Source of the DNA: Burkholderiales bacterium
GTDB taxonomy: Bacteria > Pseudomonadota > Gammaproteobacteria > Burkholderiales > Ga0077523
Assembly (NCBI GenBank): GCA_044339985.1
Contig: JBIIUM010000003.1
Coordinates: 1 to 62,189 of the forward strand
DNA: 62,189 nucleotides
Direction of reading: 5' to 3'
A program made the position numbers and the translations under genes. Of the stretch, positions 21,318 through 31,253 are shown piece by piece; within the stretch, counting starts at the first letter, position 1, and every line of letters starts with the position of its first letter. The notes beneath the pieces are model-generated. The model did no database searches and was not told the origin of the DNA. It saw nothing but the letters and a program-made list of their open reading frames with translations.

Positions 21318-22685
21318 ATGACCACCAGCACCAACACCAGCACTCGCCCCGGGTCCGACCCCGCCGAACTTGCCCGCCGCGGCGTCAAGCTGCTCATGGC
21401 CAGCTACGTGGATTTGCACGGTGTTTCCAAGTGCAAGATGGTCCCTGTGGATCATTACGCCCAGATGATGTCGGGTTCCGAGCTGTTCACAGGTGCAGCC
21501 CTGGATGGTGTGCCCCAGGACGTGAGCGAGGAGGAGGTGTCGGCCCGCCCGGACCCGGACTCCTGCCTGATTCTGCCCTGGGACCGCGAAGTGGCGTGGT
21601 TTGCCTCCGACCTCTGGTCCCGTGGACGCCCCTTCGAAGCCGGGGCACGCAACATCCTGAAACGCCAGCTCGCGCGACTGGAGCCCCAGGGGTGGACCAT
21701 GAACCTGGGCATGGAGGCGGAGTTCTTCGTGCTCCGGGACACCCCTGGCGGGGGCTTCGCACCTTTGTCGGACCGGCCGCATCTGGAGAAACCCGCCTAC
21801 GACGCCCAGCGCCTGCTGGACAACAAGCCCTGGATCGGCGAGCTGGTGGCCGCCATGAACGAACTGGGCTGGGGGGTGTACTCCTTTGACCACGAAGACG
21901 GCATCGGCCAGTTCGAGATCGACTTCCGGTACTTCGACGCCCTCACCATGGCGGACAACTTCGTGTTCTTTCGAATGATGGCCCACGAGATCGCGCGACG
22001 GCATGGCGGCTTTGCCACCTTCATGCCCAAGCCCTACGCCGACCGCGCGGGAAGCGGCGCGCACTTCAACATCTCGCTGGCGCAACGCGCCTCGGGCCGC
22101 AACCTGTTCCACGATCCGGACGACGCCCGCGGCTGCAAGCTCTCGCGCCTGGGGTACCAGTTCGTGGCTGGCGTGTTGCGGCATCTGCCGGCCATTTGCG
22201 CCGTGGTGGCGCCTACGGTGAACAGCTACAAGCGGCTCGTGAAGCAGGGCTCCATGTCGGGCTTCACGTGGGCACCGGTGTTTTGCTGCTACGGCAACAA
22301 CAATCGCACCAACACCATCCGCATCCCGCTGGCGGGCGGGCGCATGGAGCTGCGGGCCGCGGACAGCGCCTGCAATCCCTATCTGGGCGCAGCCATGGTG
22401 CTCGCCGCGGGCCTCGAGGGAATTGCCGCCGAGCTAGACCCCGGCGAACCGCGCACCGAGAACATGTACCGCAAGTCGCCCGAGGAATTGACTGCGCTTG
22501 GCGTAACCACTCTGCCGCGTACGCTGGAAGAAGCCACCGAGGCCTTCGCCGCGGATCCGCTTTCCCGCGAGGTGTTCGGCAACGACATGTATCGGACCTG
22601 GATCGACTACAAGCGCGAGGAATGGCTTCGCTACCTCAACCACGTATCGGACTGGGAGAAGAGCCGCTACCTGAAGTTCTTCTGA
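21318..22685 (+). CDS. Glutamine-synthetase-like gamma-glutamyl ligase (GlnT/GmaS-type)
   Basis: YVDLHGVSK, GMEAEF, DHEDGIGQFE, FMPKPY..AGSGAHFN, NSYKRL, GNNNRT, ELRAADSACNPYL. Confidence 0.88.
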   Translation: MTTSTNTSTRPGSDPAELARRGVKLLMASYVDLHGVSKCKMVPVDHYAQMMSGSELFTGAALDGVPQDVSEEEVSARPDPDSCLILPWDREVAWFASDLWSRGRPFEAGARNILKRQLARLEPQGWTMNLGMEAEFFVLRDTPGGGFAPLSDRPHLEKPAYDAQRLLDNKPWIGELVAAMNELGWGVYSFDHEDGIGQFEIDFRYFDALTMADNFVFFRMMAHEIARRHGGFATFMPKPYADRAGSGAHFNISLAQRASGRNLFHDPDDARGCKLSRLGYQFVAGVLRHLPAICAVVAPTVNSYKRLVKQGSMSGFTWAPVFCCYGNNNRTNTIRIPLAGGRMELRAADSACNPYLGAAMVLAAGLEGIAAELDPGEPRTENMYRKSPEELTALGVTTLPRTLEEATEAFAADPLSREVFGNDMYRTWIDYKREEWLRYLNHVSDWEKSRYLKFF

Positions 22686-22692
22686 CCCTGCG

Positions 22693-23712
22693 ATGACCGT
22701 GACAGGGCGGCTGCAAAGCTTCGCGCTGGGTGATCTGCCACTGCAGCGCGGCGGAGTCCTGCCTGATGCGCGGCTCGCCTATGCCACCTGGGGCCGCTTG
22801 AACGCCGCGCGGGACAATTGCATCGTCTTTCCCACCTACTACACCGGCAACCACGAATCCAACGCCCGCATGATCGGCCCGGGGCTCGCCCTGGATCCGG
22901 CACGATGGTTCATCGTGGTGCCGAACCTGTTCGGTAACGGCGTGTCCTCTTCGCCGAGCAATACCCAGGGCGCAGCAGGGGGTGCCGGCTTTCCCCGCAT
23001 CACCGTGCATGACAACGTCTCGGCGCAGCACCGACTGGTGGTGGACCACCTGGGCGCACGGCGCGTGGCGCTGGCCACGGGCTGGTCCATGGGCGCGCTG
23101 CAGGCCTGGGAGTGGGCGGTGCGCTTTCCCGAGTTGGTGCAACGCCTGTTGCCCTTCTGCGGGGCGGCGCGCTGCTCGCCCCACAACTTCGTCTTTCTAG
23201 AGGGCCTCAAGGCAACGCTGGCGGCCGACGCCAATTTCAAGGGTGGCCATTACACCGAGCAGCCATCAGCGGGACTGCGCGCCTTCGGAAGGGTTTACGC
23301 CGGCTGGGCCTATTCCCAGGCGTTTTTCCGCGAGTCTCGTTGGCGCGACCTGGGCTTCGATTCGCTCGAAGCACTGTTGCGTTTCTGGGAAGAGGATCAC
23401 CTCGCCTGGGACGCCAACGACCTGCTCGCCATGCTGCACACCTGGCAACAGGCTGATCCTTCGGACAACGAAGCCTGGAACGGCGATTTCGAGGCCGCGC
23501 TCGCGTCCGTCCAGGCACGAACCCTGGTAATGCCCTGCGATCGCGATCTCTATTTCACCCTCGAAGACAACGCCATGGAAGCTGCGTTGGTTCGGGGTTC
23601 GGAGCTACGGCCCTTCGTATCGGCGTATGGTCACTGCGCAGGCGCACCGGGGCGCTTTCCCGGGGAGATGGCTTTCCTGGACGCCGCGATCAGAGAACTG
23701 CTTGCACGTTGA
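22693..23712 (+). CDS. Alpha/beta hydrolase, homoserine acetyltransferase (MetX)-like
   Basis: LAYATWGRLN, GNGVSSSPSN, nucleophile elbow GWSMG, DLYF, YGHCAG. Confidence 0.85.
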   Translation: MTVTGRLQSFALGDLPLQRGGVLPDARLAYATWGRLNAARDNCIVFPTYYTGNHESNARMIGPGLALDPARWFIVVPNLFGNGVSSSPSNTQGAAGGAGFPRITVHDNVSAQHRLVVDHLGARRVALATGWSMGALQAWEWAVRFPELVQRLLPFCGAARCSPHNFVFLEGLKATLAADANFKGGHYTEQPSAGLRAFGRVYAGWAYSQAFFRESRWRDLGFDSLEALLRFWEEDHLAWDANDLLAMLHTWQQADPSDNEAWNGDFEAALASVQARTLVMPCDRDLYFTLEDNAMEAALVRGSELRPFVSAYGHCAGAPGRFPGEMAFLDAAIRELLAR

Positions 23713-23721
23713 TCGCCGTTC

Positions 23722-24363
23722 TTAGTGAATGCGGTCGTCCGGCCCGGGCCCGTCGTGGCCGCCGCTCCGAGGGGCGTCCGTGGTGCCCTCGTCTGGGTCG
23801 TCGCCTCCCAGATCGTCGATGACGCCCTCGTCGGGATCATCGAAACCATCCTCGTCGGAATCGTCAAGAGTGCCTGCGTCGGGGCTATCGGGTTCGTCAT
23901 CGTCAGCCTCGTGGAATTCGTCCCCATGCCCCTCTTCATCCTCGTCCTCGGGCCCGTGCCCCGTACCGGGAGCCGAAAGCCACAGAGAGTAGCCATCCGG
24001 ATCTCGAGCGAAGCACTCGCGCGCGCCGTAGGTCGTGGCGGTTACGGGGCTGACCTCCACCCCCGCGGCCGCCATTAGTCCACGGGTGCGCCCGAGGTCA
24101 TCCGGCTGCAGGTACAGCACCCAGCTGTGGCCGAGGGCTGGGTCCAGGGTGATCTGGGCCTCCGGGTCGAGTTGCTGGAGCATCAACTCGGCCTTGCCGG
24201 AGCGCAGCCACGCCCAAAGGGGCGCTCCCTCGGCGTCTTCGGCACTATCCACCAATTCGAAACCGAAAAACTGGCGATAGAACGCAATGGAACGATGCAG
24301 GTCCGAAACGCCCAGGCTGGGCACCAGCGCACGCAGGCTCGGCTTCGCGGAGGATCGGGTCAT
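23722..24363 (-). CDS. VOC/glyoxalase-family protein with acidic C-terminal tail
   Basis: LGVSDLHRSIAFYRQFFGF, YGARECFARDPDGY; D/E-rich tail. Confidence 0.85.
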   Translation of the reverse strand: MTRSSAKPSLRALVPSLGVSDLHRSIAFYRQFFGFELVDSAEDAEGAPLWAWLRSGKAELMLQQLDPEAQITLDPALGHSWVLYLQPDDLGRTRGLMAAAGVEVSPVTATTYGARECFARDPDGYSLWLSAPGTGHGPEDEDEEGHGDEFHEADDDEPDSPDAGTLDDSDEDGFDDPDEGVIDDLGGDDPDEGTTDAPRSGGHDGPGPDDRIH

Positions 24364-24370
24364 GGGGGGC

Positions 24371-24775
24371 TCAGTAGCTCGTATCGCCCACCACGCAACG
24401 GCCGTTCACGCAGGCCACGCGTGGCGGCTGGATGGCTCGGCAGTGCGCTGGACGCGGTTTACCGCGCAAGCGGTCTTCTTCGATGAAGGTGTACTCCGCA
24501 GCCTTGGTCTGCATGATCTCGGAGATCTGCTGCGCGCGGTTGTAGGGAATGTGACGGGTGGGATTGCCGCACGCGTCGTACCCCATGGAAACCGCCATGC
24601 ACATCACCGGGCCGCCGCAGGGAGCGCCCGCAGCCAGCGCTTCCATCTCGCCCGCCAGCCGCGCCAGGGCCTGCTCGTCGCTTTCCGGGCGCGCCGGCAC
24701 CGGCACACACAAAACCAACGCAGTGCATAGCGCAGCGACCGTGCGCGCCGTCCTGCCAAGGGTGGCTGCGGCCAT
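24371..24775 (-). CDS. Secreted Cys-rich hypothetical protein
   Basis: Signal peptide; six Cys in the mature part (PCGGPVMC..ACGNP..HC..ACVNGRC); ATG overlaps fbaB stop. Confidence 0.7.
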   Translation of the reverse strand: MAAATLGRTARTVAALCTALVLCVPVPARPESDEQALARLAGEMEALAAGAPCGGPVMCMAVSMGYDACGNPTRHIPYNRAQQISEIMQTKAAEYTFIEEDRLRGKPRPAHCRAIQPPRVACVNGRCVVGDTSY

Positions 24776-25836
24776 CAGGCGATGGTGACTTGCGGCGACA
24801 GGTACACGTCCTGGATGGCGTGCAGCAGCGCCACCCCGTCCCTCATGGGCTTCTGGAAGGCCTTGCGGCCGGAGATCAGACCCATGCCGCCGGCGCGCTT
24901 GTTGATGACCGCGGTCTTCACCGCATCATTCAGGTCGTTCTCGCCCGAGGCGCCGCCGGAGTTGATGAGCCCGGCGCGGCCGAGGTAGCAGTTGGCCACC
25001 TGGTAGCGGGTCCAGTCGATGGGGTGCTCGGTGGTGAGTTCCGAATACATCCGCTTGTCGTTCTTGCCGTAGGGGTTGTCCTTGGTGTTGAGGGCCAGGT
25101 AACCGCCGTTGTTCTCGGGCAGCTTCTGCTTGATGATGTCCGCCTCGATGGTGACTCCCAGGTGGTTGGCCTGGCCTGTGAGGTCGGCGGACACGTGGTA
25201 GTCCTTGTCCTTCTTGAACTCCGGGTTGCGCAGGTAGCACCACAGCACCGTGGCCAGGCCCAGCTCATGGGCCATCTGGAAGGCCTCGCTCACTTCCACG
25301 ATCTGCCGCCCCGAGGCATCGGAACCGAAGTAAATGGTGGCCCCCACCGCCACCGCCCCCATGTCCTTGGCCTGCTTGATGCGCGCAAAGAAGATCTGGT
25401 CGAATTTGTTGGGGTAGGTAAGGAACTCGTTATGGTTGAACTTGAGCAGGAAGGGGATGCGGTGGGCGTACTTGCGCGACACCGAGCCAAGCACGCCCAG
25501 CGTGGAGGCCACGGCATTGCAACCGCCCTCCATGGCGAGCCTGACGATGTTTTCCGGGTCGAAATAGGCAGGATTCTTGGCAAAGGAAGCCCCCGCGCTG
25601 TGCTCTATCCCTTGATCCACCGGCAGGATCGACAGGTACCCGCTGCCACCCAGGCGGCCCTGGTCGAACATCTGCTGCAGGCTGCGCAGCACGGCGGGGG
25701 AGCGGTCGCTGGGCGCCACCACGCGGTCCACGAAGTCTGGCCCCGGCAAGTGCAGCGTTTCCTTGGGGATGCCCTTGCAAACGTGGCCCAGCAGGCCGGC
25801 TGCCTCGGCGCCGAGGATGCCCTGGATATCGGTCAT
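24775..25836 (-). CDS. fbaB: Class I fructose-bisphosphate aldolase (FbaB/DhnA type)
   Basis: [47 protein letters not shown] 25836. Confidence 0.95.
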   Translation of the reverse strand: MTDIQGILGAEAAGLLGHVCKGIPKETLHLPGPDFVDRVVAPSDRSPAVLRSLQQMFDQGRLGGSGYLSILPVDQGIEHSAGASFAKNPAYFDPENIVRLAMEGGCNAVASTLGVLGSVSRKYAHRIPFLLKFNHNEFLTYPNKFDQIFFARIKQAKDMGAVAVGATIYFGSDASGRQIVEVSEAFQMAHELGLATVLWCYLRNPEFKKDKDYHVSADLTGQANHLGVTIEADIIKQKLPENNGGYLALNTKDNPYGKNDKRMYSELTTEHPIDWTRYQVANCYLGRAGLINSGGASGENDLNDAVKTAVINKRAGGMGLISGRKAFQKPMRDGVALLHAIQDVYLSPQVTIA

Positions 25837-25957
25837 TGGTGGACTCTCCTGGTGAAAACGGGACAAAAACGCGCGTCATTATCCTGCCGCGGGCGCAACT
25901 GGACAACGCGGCACCTATAATCAACACTGAACCCGATCCTCTTCCCTGGGCTCCGAC

Positions 25958-26479
25958 ATGCTTTTCGACCTTGACGAAAGCCGCGTGGTAATCGTTGGCG
26001 AAGTCTATGTGGCCCATAACGCCACGGTGGTGGGCGCGGTTACCCTCGGGCACCATGCGAGCGTCTGGTTCAACGCCGTCCTCCGCGGGGACAACGACCA
26101 GATCGTGGTGGGCAGCAGGTCCAACGTGCAGGACGGCGCAGTGCTGCACACCGATCCCGGAATTCAACTGCTGATTGGTCGCGATGTGACCGTAGGCCAT
26201 ATGGCCATGCTGCATGGCTGCACCATCGAGGACGGAACTCTGGTGGGTATCAAGAGCGTCGTCATGAATCGAGCGCGCGTCGGGCGGCACTGCCTCATCG
26301 GTGCAGGCTCGCTCATCCCCGAAGGCAAGGAGATTCCGGACCGCTCGCTGGTGCTTGGCGTGCCAGGGAAGGTGGTGCGCACTTTGACCGATGCGGAGGT
26401 GGCCTTCCTGATGGCCAGTGCAGACAATTACGTCAGCAAGATAAAGCGCTACAGTGGTGGCCTTCGCACGCGCGACTGA
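25958..26479 (+). CDS. Gamma-carbonic-anhydrase-family (YrdA-like) protein
   Basis: Hexapeptide repeats; VLRGD, SNVQDGAVLH, VGHMAMLHGC. Confidence 0.9.
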   Translation: MLFDLDESRVVIVGEVYVAHNATVVGAVTLGHHASVWFNAVLRGDNDQIVVGSRSNVQDGAVLHTDPGIQLLIGRDVTVGHMAMLHGCTIEDGTLVGIKSVVMNRARVGRHCLIGAGSLIPEGKEIPDRSLVLGVPGKVVRTLTDAEVAFLMASADNYVSKIKRYSGGLRTRD

Positions 26480-26503
26480 CGCAATCCCCCGCCCGAGGCC
26501 ACC

Positions 26504-26734
26504 GTGACCAAGTACCGCTTTCGCATTAGAACCCGCAACGGGCTGGTACTGGAGCAACTCAACATCCAGGGCCGGGACCGTGCGGACGCGGAACGCAAGC
26601 TCTTTCAGATGTATCCCAACGCCAAAGTGCTGGAATGTCTTGAGGTGGTTGCGATCCCCGAACGCCAGGAGGGCGTGGACCTGTCAAGCGTGCTGTCGCT
26701 CATTTCACGCCAGCACGACGACGGCAAGCACTGA
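26504..26734 (+). CDS. Small hypothetical protein
   Basis: Protein-like 76-aa ORF, GAGG upstream, directly after the gamma-CA gene. Confidence 0.65.
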   Translation: MTKYRFRIRTRNGLVLEQLNIQGRDRADAERKLFQMYPNAKVLECLEVVAIPERQEGVDLSSVLSLISRQHDDGKH

Positions 26735-26804
26735 AGCGAAGATCCCCGCCTCCCGGGCAGCGGCGCCGTGAACGCCGCCGACACATCCGCTTCCCACGAC
26801 ACCC

Positions 26805-27569
26805 TCAGGCGAGGAAGCCGCTTGCGTCCAATTCCTCCGCGAGGGCGTCGTACTCCTGGGCGCCGCGGCTCGATGGCGAATAGGAGAATACGTCCCGATT
26901 GACCGCCGGACTTTCAGCAACGCTCACGCTCTCGGAAATGCGCGCCTCGCACACCTCGGTGCCGTGGCGTTCCCGGATGGAGTCTAGGATTTGCCAAGAC
27001 ATCTTGCGGCGCGAATCGAAACGCGTGATGACGAAACGCCGGGGCAGGCGCTTCTTTAGCACCAATTCGAGCGCCTTGAGGGTCTTGTCCACCTGCGCCA
27101 CACCCATCACTGCCAGATAATCGGCAGACACCGGCACGATCAAGCGGTCGCAGGCAAAAATGGCGTTGAGCGACAGCACCCCCAGCAAGGGACAGCAATC
27201 GATGACGATAGGCCGCCCCGTGTTGAGGCTCTCCCTCACGATCCCCGAGTTGAGCCGGTTCAACGCCGCCGGCCCCTTGCCAAAAACAGAGTCGACCTTG
27301 GACAACTCAACATGCGCAGGGATCACCTCCCAGCCGCCATTGCCGACACGAATCAGGTTGGCAAGCGGACGGGCGTTTTCGTAGAACGCCAGGATGCTGT
27401 CATCGGCGCTGTTCACATGGGTTCCACAGATCCAGGACAAGTGGGCTTGCGGATCGAGATCGATGCTCAAGGGGCGACGACCCCGACGCGCGAGCGCCGC
27501 GGACAGGTTCAGTGACGTCGTGGTCTTGCCCACGCCGCCCTTCTGATTGAACACCGCGATTTTGGCCAT
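26805..27569 (-). CDS. ParA/Soj family ATPase (no parB adjacent)
   Basis: NQKGGVGKTTT deviant Walker A, DLDPQ, IDCCPLLG. Confidence 0.92.
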   Translation of the reverse strand: MAKIAVFNQKGGVGKTTTSLNLSAALARRGRRPLSIDLDPQAHLSWICGTHVNSADDSILAFYENARPLANLIRVGNGGWEVIPAHVELSKVDSVFGKGPAALNRLNSGIVRESLNTGRPIVIDCCPLLGVLSLNAIFACDRLIVPVSADYLAVMGVAQVDKTLKALELVLKKRLPRRFVITRFDSRRKMSWQILDSIRERHGTEVCEARISESVSVAESPAVNRDVFSYSPSSRGAQEYDALAEELDASGFLA

Positions 27570-27629
27570 GCCGCAACGGATCTCGGATCAAGTTTTTCAG
27601 GGTGTAAAAGTTTGTTTCTTATATAAAAA

Positions 27630-27642
27630 AATCAATAGGTTG
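27630..27642 (+). promoter_or_regulatory. IHF-like site in AT-rich region upstream of the ParA gene
   Basis: AATCAA-tagg-TTG matches WATCAANNNNTTR, preceded by an A/T tract. Confidence 0.5.
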
Positions 27643-27784
27643 TCAAATGAACTTCAAATACTCAGCGAGAAATTGGCCGTAACTCAAACGCCATCCTCAG
27701 CAGGCACGCAGTCCGCTTTCCGGGATACCGCCCCCCGCGATGGCGCTAGCAGCCTGCCGTTCGCCAGCGCTCGAGAAGCATGCG

Positions 27785-28735
27785 TTACAGCCCGGGCAGA
27801 CGCCCCTGGCCAAGGAACACTTCGAGGGACACCGTCAAGGAAGGCACTGGCTGGAAGCCATTGCTGCGGGGGTAGATCAGTTGCGGCCGCACCTCACCCA
27901 GCAACCAGTCGCTACCCAGCTTGCGGCGGTAGCGAAGGGCCATCGACCAGGCATTCACCTGCGTGGAGGTCTCAGTGCTACCGTACACGCCGAACTCTGC
28001 CGACACGATGGCTTGAGCGCCCAGACGCCGCGTGAGCGTGGCCACCTCGCTCAGGTCGAAGGCCTGGGTGCGACTGCGCCAGGTGGCGTTGCTGAACAGG
28101 GCCAGCGCCAGGTCATCGCGCAGCGCCCGGTACAGACCAACCTGGCTGGCGGCCGAGGCTTCATCGCTACGCCGCCACAGCAGCGTCTCGGACAGCGGCA
28201 CCTTCCAGGCGCCGATATGGAAGACCTTTTCGGCACGCAAGCGCGCGTAGGGGTCCGGGGTCAACCCCCGGGGCCGCACGCCAGCATCGGCCGTGATCCG
28301 TACCCAGGCCTGCTCCACGGCCACACCGCGCAGGCCGACAAAGGTGCCCGCGTCGGCCCCGCCCTGGCCTGCCGCCGTGGCAGCAGCCCGATCGCTGAGG
28401 CTGCGGGTAACGCTTTCGATGTTGCGATCCACCAGCAATTGCACCCGCTCGCTGGTGTGAGGCAGGTTGACCTTGGCGCGCGTGAGGGGAAAAGAGTCCG
28501 TGCCGCCATCCTGGCTGCGCTGGAGGGTGACGCCACCGCCCAACTGCAGGTAACTGCCGGTGGGAGCGTCGTACACCTGATCACCACCGAACAGACTGTC
28601 GGTGCGCTGGATGAGGGATTCCAGGAAGCGCGAGGCGGCGTTACGCGGCCCCTCGATCACCCGCGCTGCTTCTTCAAGGCTGCTGGGTCCATCCTGCGCC
28701 AGCACCACGGGCGCCGACAGCCATAGAAGCAGCAC
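27785..28735 (-). CDS. Hypothetical outer-membrane beta-barrel-like protein (start uncertain)
   Basis: C-terminal part of ORF 27785..30181: signal-like VLLLWLSAPVVLA-QD, amphipathic beta-strand pattern ending LTVSLEVFLG; the N-terminal part is antisense to the CoA transferase. Confidence 0.65.
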   Translation of the reverse strand: MLLLWLSAPVVLAQDGPSSLEEAARVIEGPRNAASRFLESLIQRTDSLFGGDQVYDAPTGSYLQLGGGVTLQRSQDGGTDSFPLTRAKVNLPHTSERVQLLVDRNIESVTRSLSDRAAATAAGQGGADAGTFVGLRGVAVEQAWVRITADAGVRPRGLTPDPYARLRAEKVFHIGAWKVPLSETLLWRRSDEASAASQVGLYRALRDDLALALFSNATWRSRTQAFDLSEVATLTRRLGAQAIVSAEFGVYGSTETSTQVNAWSMALRYRRKLGSDWLLGEVRPQLIYPRSNGFQPVPSLTVSLEVFLGQGRLPGL

Positions 28736-28786
28736 AGCGACCCGCGGCAGCGCCCGTCGCCAGGCGCGGTAGCATGAGCCTTTTTT

Positions 28787-29980
28787 ATGAGCGAGGCGGC
28801 CATGCGTCCCCTGGAAGGCATCACCGTGGTGGCGCTCGAGCACGTCATCGCCGGACCGTTCTGCACCCGGCAACTGGCGGAGCTCGGGGCGCGCGTCATC
28901 AAGATCGAACGCCCCGGCGTAGGCGACCCCGCGCGCGCCTATGACCAGCGCGTACGCGGCCTGTCCTCCCACTTCGTGTGGACCAACCGCTCCAAGGAAA
29001 GCATCACGCTGGACCTGAAGCGGCCCGAAGCCCTCCAGATCGTTCACCAGTTGCTCGCCGATGCCGACGTGCTGGTGCAGAACCTCGCGCCGGGAGCGGC
29101 GGCGCGCATGGGCTTCTCCCACGAGCAGTTGGCGCCGCGCCATCCGCGCCTCATCGTGTGCGACATCTCCGGCTACGGCGCCGACGGCCCCTATCGGGAC
29201 AAGAAGGCCTACGACCTGCTCATCCAGAGCGAGGCGGGGCTGCTGTCTGTGACCGGTACGCCCGAGACGCCCTCCAAGGCCGGCTGTTCCATCGTGGACA
29301 TCGCCTCGGGCATGTATGCCTTCAGCAACATCCTCGCGGCACTCATCGCCCGCGGCCGCACGGGCAAAGGCTGCCGCATCGACATCTCCATGCTGGAGAG
29401 CATGACCGAATGGATGAGCTTCCCGCTCTACTACGCCTACGACGGCGCCGAGCCCCCGCCACGCGCGGGCGCCTCCCACGCCACCATCTACCCCTATGGC
29501 CCCTTCCCCGCCGGCGACGGCAAGCTGGTGATGCTGGGCCTCCAGAATGAACGCGAGTGGGCCGCGTTCTGCGACAAGGTGCTCTTGAAACCCGAGCTCA
29601 AGACCGACCCGCGCTTCGACTCCAATCCCAAGCGTTCGGCCGCCCGGGCAGACTTGTATCCCATCATCGTGGCCGCACTCGCCGGGCTTGGTGCTGAAGA
29701 GGTGGTCGCGCGCCTGGATGCCGCGCGGATCGGTAACGCCAGGCTGAACCACATGGCCGAGGTTTGGCAGCACGCCCAGCTGGCCGCACGCCAGCGCTGG
29801 GTGGCGGTGGACACCCCGGCGGGGCCCGTCAAGGCCCTGCTGCCACCAGGTGTGCCGGCGGAGTTCGAGGCCCGCATGGATGCCGTTCCGGCCATCGGCC
29901 AACATACCGATGCCATCCTGGCGGCGCTGGGGTACAACGCAGAGCAGATCACACGGCTGCGCGCCCAGGGGGTGGTGTAG
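28787..29980 (+). CDS. CaiB/BaiF family III CoA-transferase
   Basis: PLEGITVV, AGPFCTRQLAELGARVIKIE, NRSKESITLDLK, AYDLLIQ. Confidence 0.93.
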   Translation: MSEAAMRPLEGITVVALEHVIAGPFCTRQLAELGARVIKIERPGVGDPARAYDQRVRGLSSHFVWTNRSKESITLDLKRPEALQIVHQLLADADVLVQNLAPGAAARMGFSHEQLAPRHPRLIVCDISGYGADGPYRDKKAYDLLIQSEAGLLSVTGTPETPSKAGCSIVDIASGMYAFSNILAALIARGRTGKGCRIDISMLESMTEWMSFPLYYAYDGAEPPPRAGASHATIYPYGPFPAGDGKLVMLGLQNEREWAAFCDKVLLKPELKTDPRFDSNPKRSAARADLYPIIVAALAGLGAEEVVARLDAARIGNARLNHMAEVWQHAQLAARQRWVAVDTPAGPVKALLPPGVPAEFEARMDAVPAIGQHTDAILAALGYNAEQITRLRAQGVV

Positions 29981-30059
29981 CGACCGGCGGCCCGCGGTCT
30001 CGATGCATGACGGCACCAGACGCCGCCGCTGCAATGACGGGCAAGACGGCATGGCGGGG

Positions 30060-30395
30060 CTAGAGTCTGAATTGCGCCCTGCGCTCCTGCGGCACCAAAT
30101 CCGCATATTCGCGGTGCCTGCGCACGTAGGCGGCTGCGAAGCTGCATAGCGGCAGCACCTGAAGGCCTCGGGCCCGCACATCCTCCAGCGCCGCCTTGAT
30201 CAGGGCCGCGCCCACGCCGCGTCCCTCATACCGGCGATCCACCTCCGTGTGACCGATGGTCTGCACACCCGCCGACAGCACGTAGGCGGCGTGCCCGATC
30301 AGTTCACCATGGAGGCGCGCCTCGTAACGCCGCCGGGCCTCGTCGTGAACCACCGCGAGGTCTGCCGCCCCATCGGCAAGCGGCCCCTGCGTCAC
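30060..30395 (-). CDS. Small GNAT N-acetyltransferase (YjdJ-like)
   Basis: HTEVDRRYEGRGVGAAL, VLPLCSFAAAYVRRHREY; probable GTG start at 30395. Confidence 0.85.
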   Translation of the reverse strand: MTQGPLADGAADLAVVHDEARRRYEARLHGELIGHAAYVLSAGVQTIGHTEVDRRYEGRGVGAALIKAALEDVRARGLQVLPLCSFAAAYVRRHREYADLVPQERRAQFRL

Positions 30396-30536
30396 GGCAG
30401 CGCGGGACCGCGAACGCTTTGCAACATCTGGTAGATTCTCCTCGCAATTGGGCGCCGCCGGCCCTTCGCCCCGCACACCCATGCTGCCGAGAATAGCACC
30501 GGCCCGTCGCGCGAACGCCCATCGAGTCGCCTTGTC

Positions 30537-31220
30537 ATGTCCGCCTTGAATTTCTCCATCCACCCTTCGGTGCGCGCCCTGGGTGTGCGAGGCGCCTTTG
30601 CCGTGGTGGAGGGCGTACGCAACGACGTGCAGCCCGCGGGCCTGCCCGCACTGCGGGCGCACTTGCGGCAGCGCCTGGCGGGCGAACTGCAGCCAGGATT
30701 CATCGAAACCGATCCGGTGCTGGCCGGCTTTCGCGCCCTGCACGATGCCGTGGGCCGCTCCAACCGCCGCTTTCCCGCCTCGGCCGAGGCGCTGGTGAGC
30801 CTTTATCTGCGCAAGGGCATCATTCCCGAGATCAACCCGTTGGTGGACATCTACAACACCGTGTCTTTGGAGACGCGCCTGTCACTGGGCGCCCACGACA
30901 TGCACGAGGTACGCGGCAACATCGACCTGAGGCTCACCACCGGCACCGAGTGCTTCGTGCCCCTGGGCGCCACCGCGCCAGAACCCGTGCACGCAGGCGA
31001 ATACGCCTACGTGGACCACAGCGGCGAGATCCTCTGCCGCCTGGAGCACCGCCAGTGCGAGCGCACCCGCGTCACATCCACTACCCGAGCAGTGTTCTGT
31101 ATTCTCCAGGGGCATGCGGGGACAGACCGCGCCATGATCGAGGCAGCGCTGGCGCGCTGGGTGGATCTCACCACCGGCCTTTGCGGCGGCCGGTTGACGG
31201 AATCCTGGATCATCGCCTGA
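30537..31220 (+). CDS. Stand-alone B3/B4 (PheRS beta editing) domain protein
   Basis: PASAEAL, INPLVDIYNTVSL, GAHD, GEYAYVD, RQCERTRVT. Confidence 0.85.
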   Translation: MSALNFSIHPSVRALGVRGAFAVVEGVRNDVQPAGLPALRAHLRQRLAGELQPGFIETDPVLAGFRALHDAVGRSNRRFPASAEALVSLYLRKGIIPEINPLVDIYNTVSLETRLSLGAHDMHEVRGNIDLRLTTGTECFVPLGATAPEPVHAGEYAYVDHSGEILCRLEHRQCERTRVTSTTRAVFCILQGHAGTDRAMIEAALARWVDLTTGLCGGRLTESWIIA

Positions 31221-31253
31221 AGCGATTCATTTCGAGGACGCGCACCCCATCCC

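Noticed and set aside
28736..30181. N-terminal part of the 798-aa ORF 27785..30181
   Set aside because: Antisense to the CoA-transferase; only the part from about 28735 looks like a real protein.
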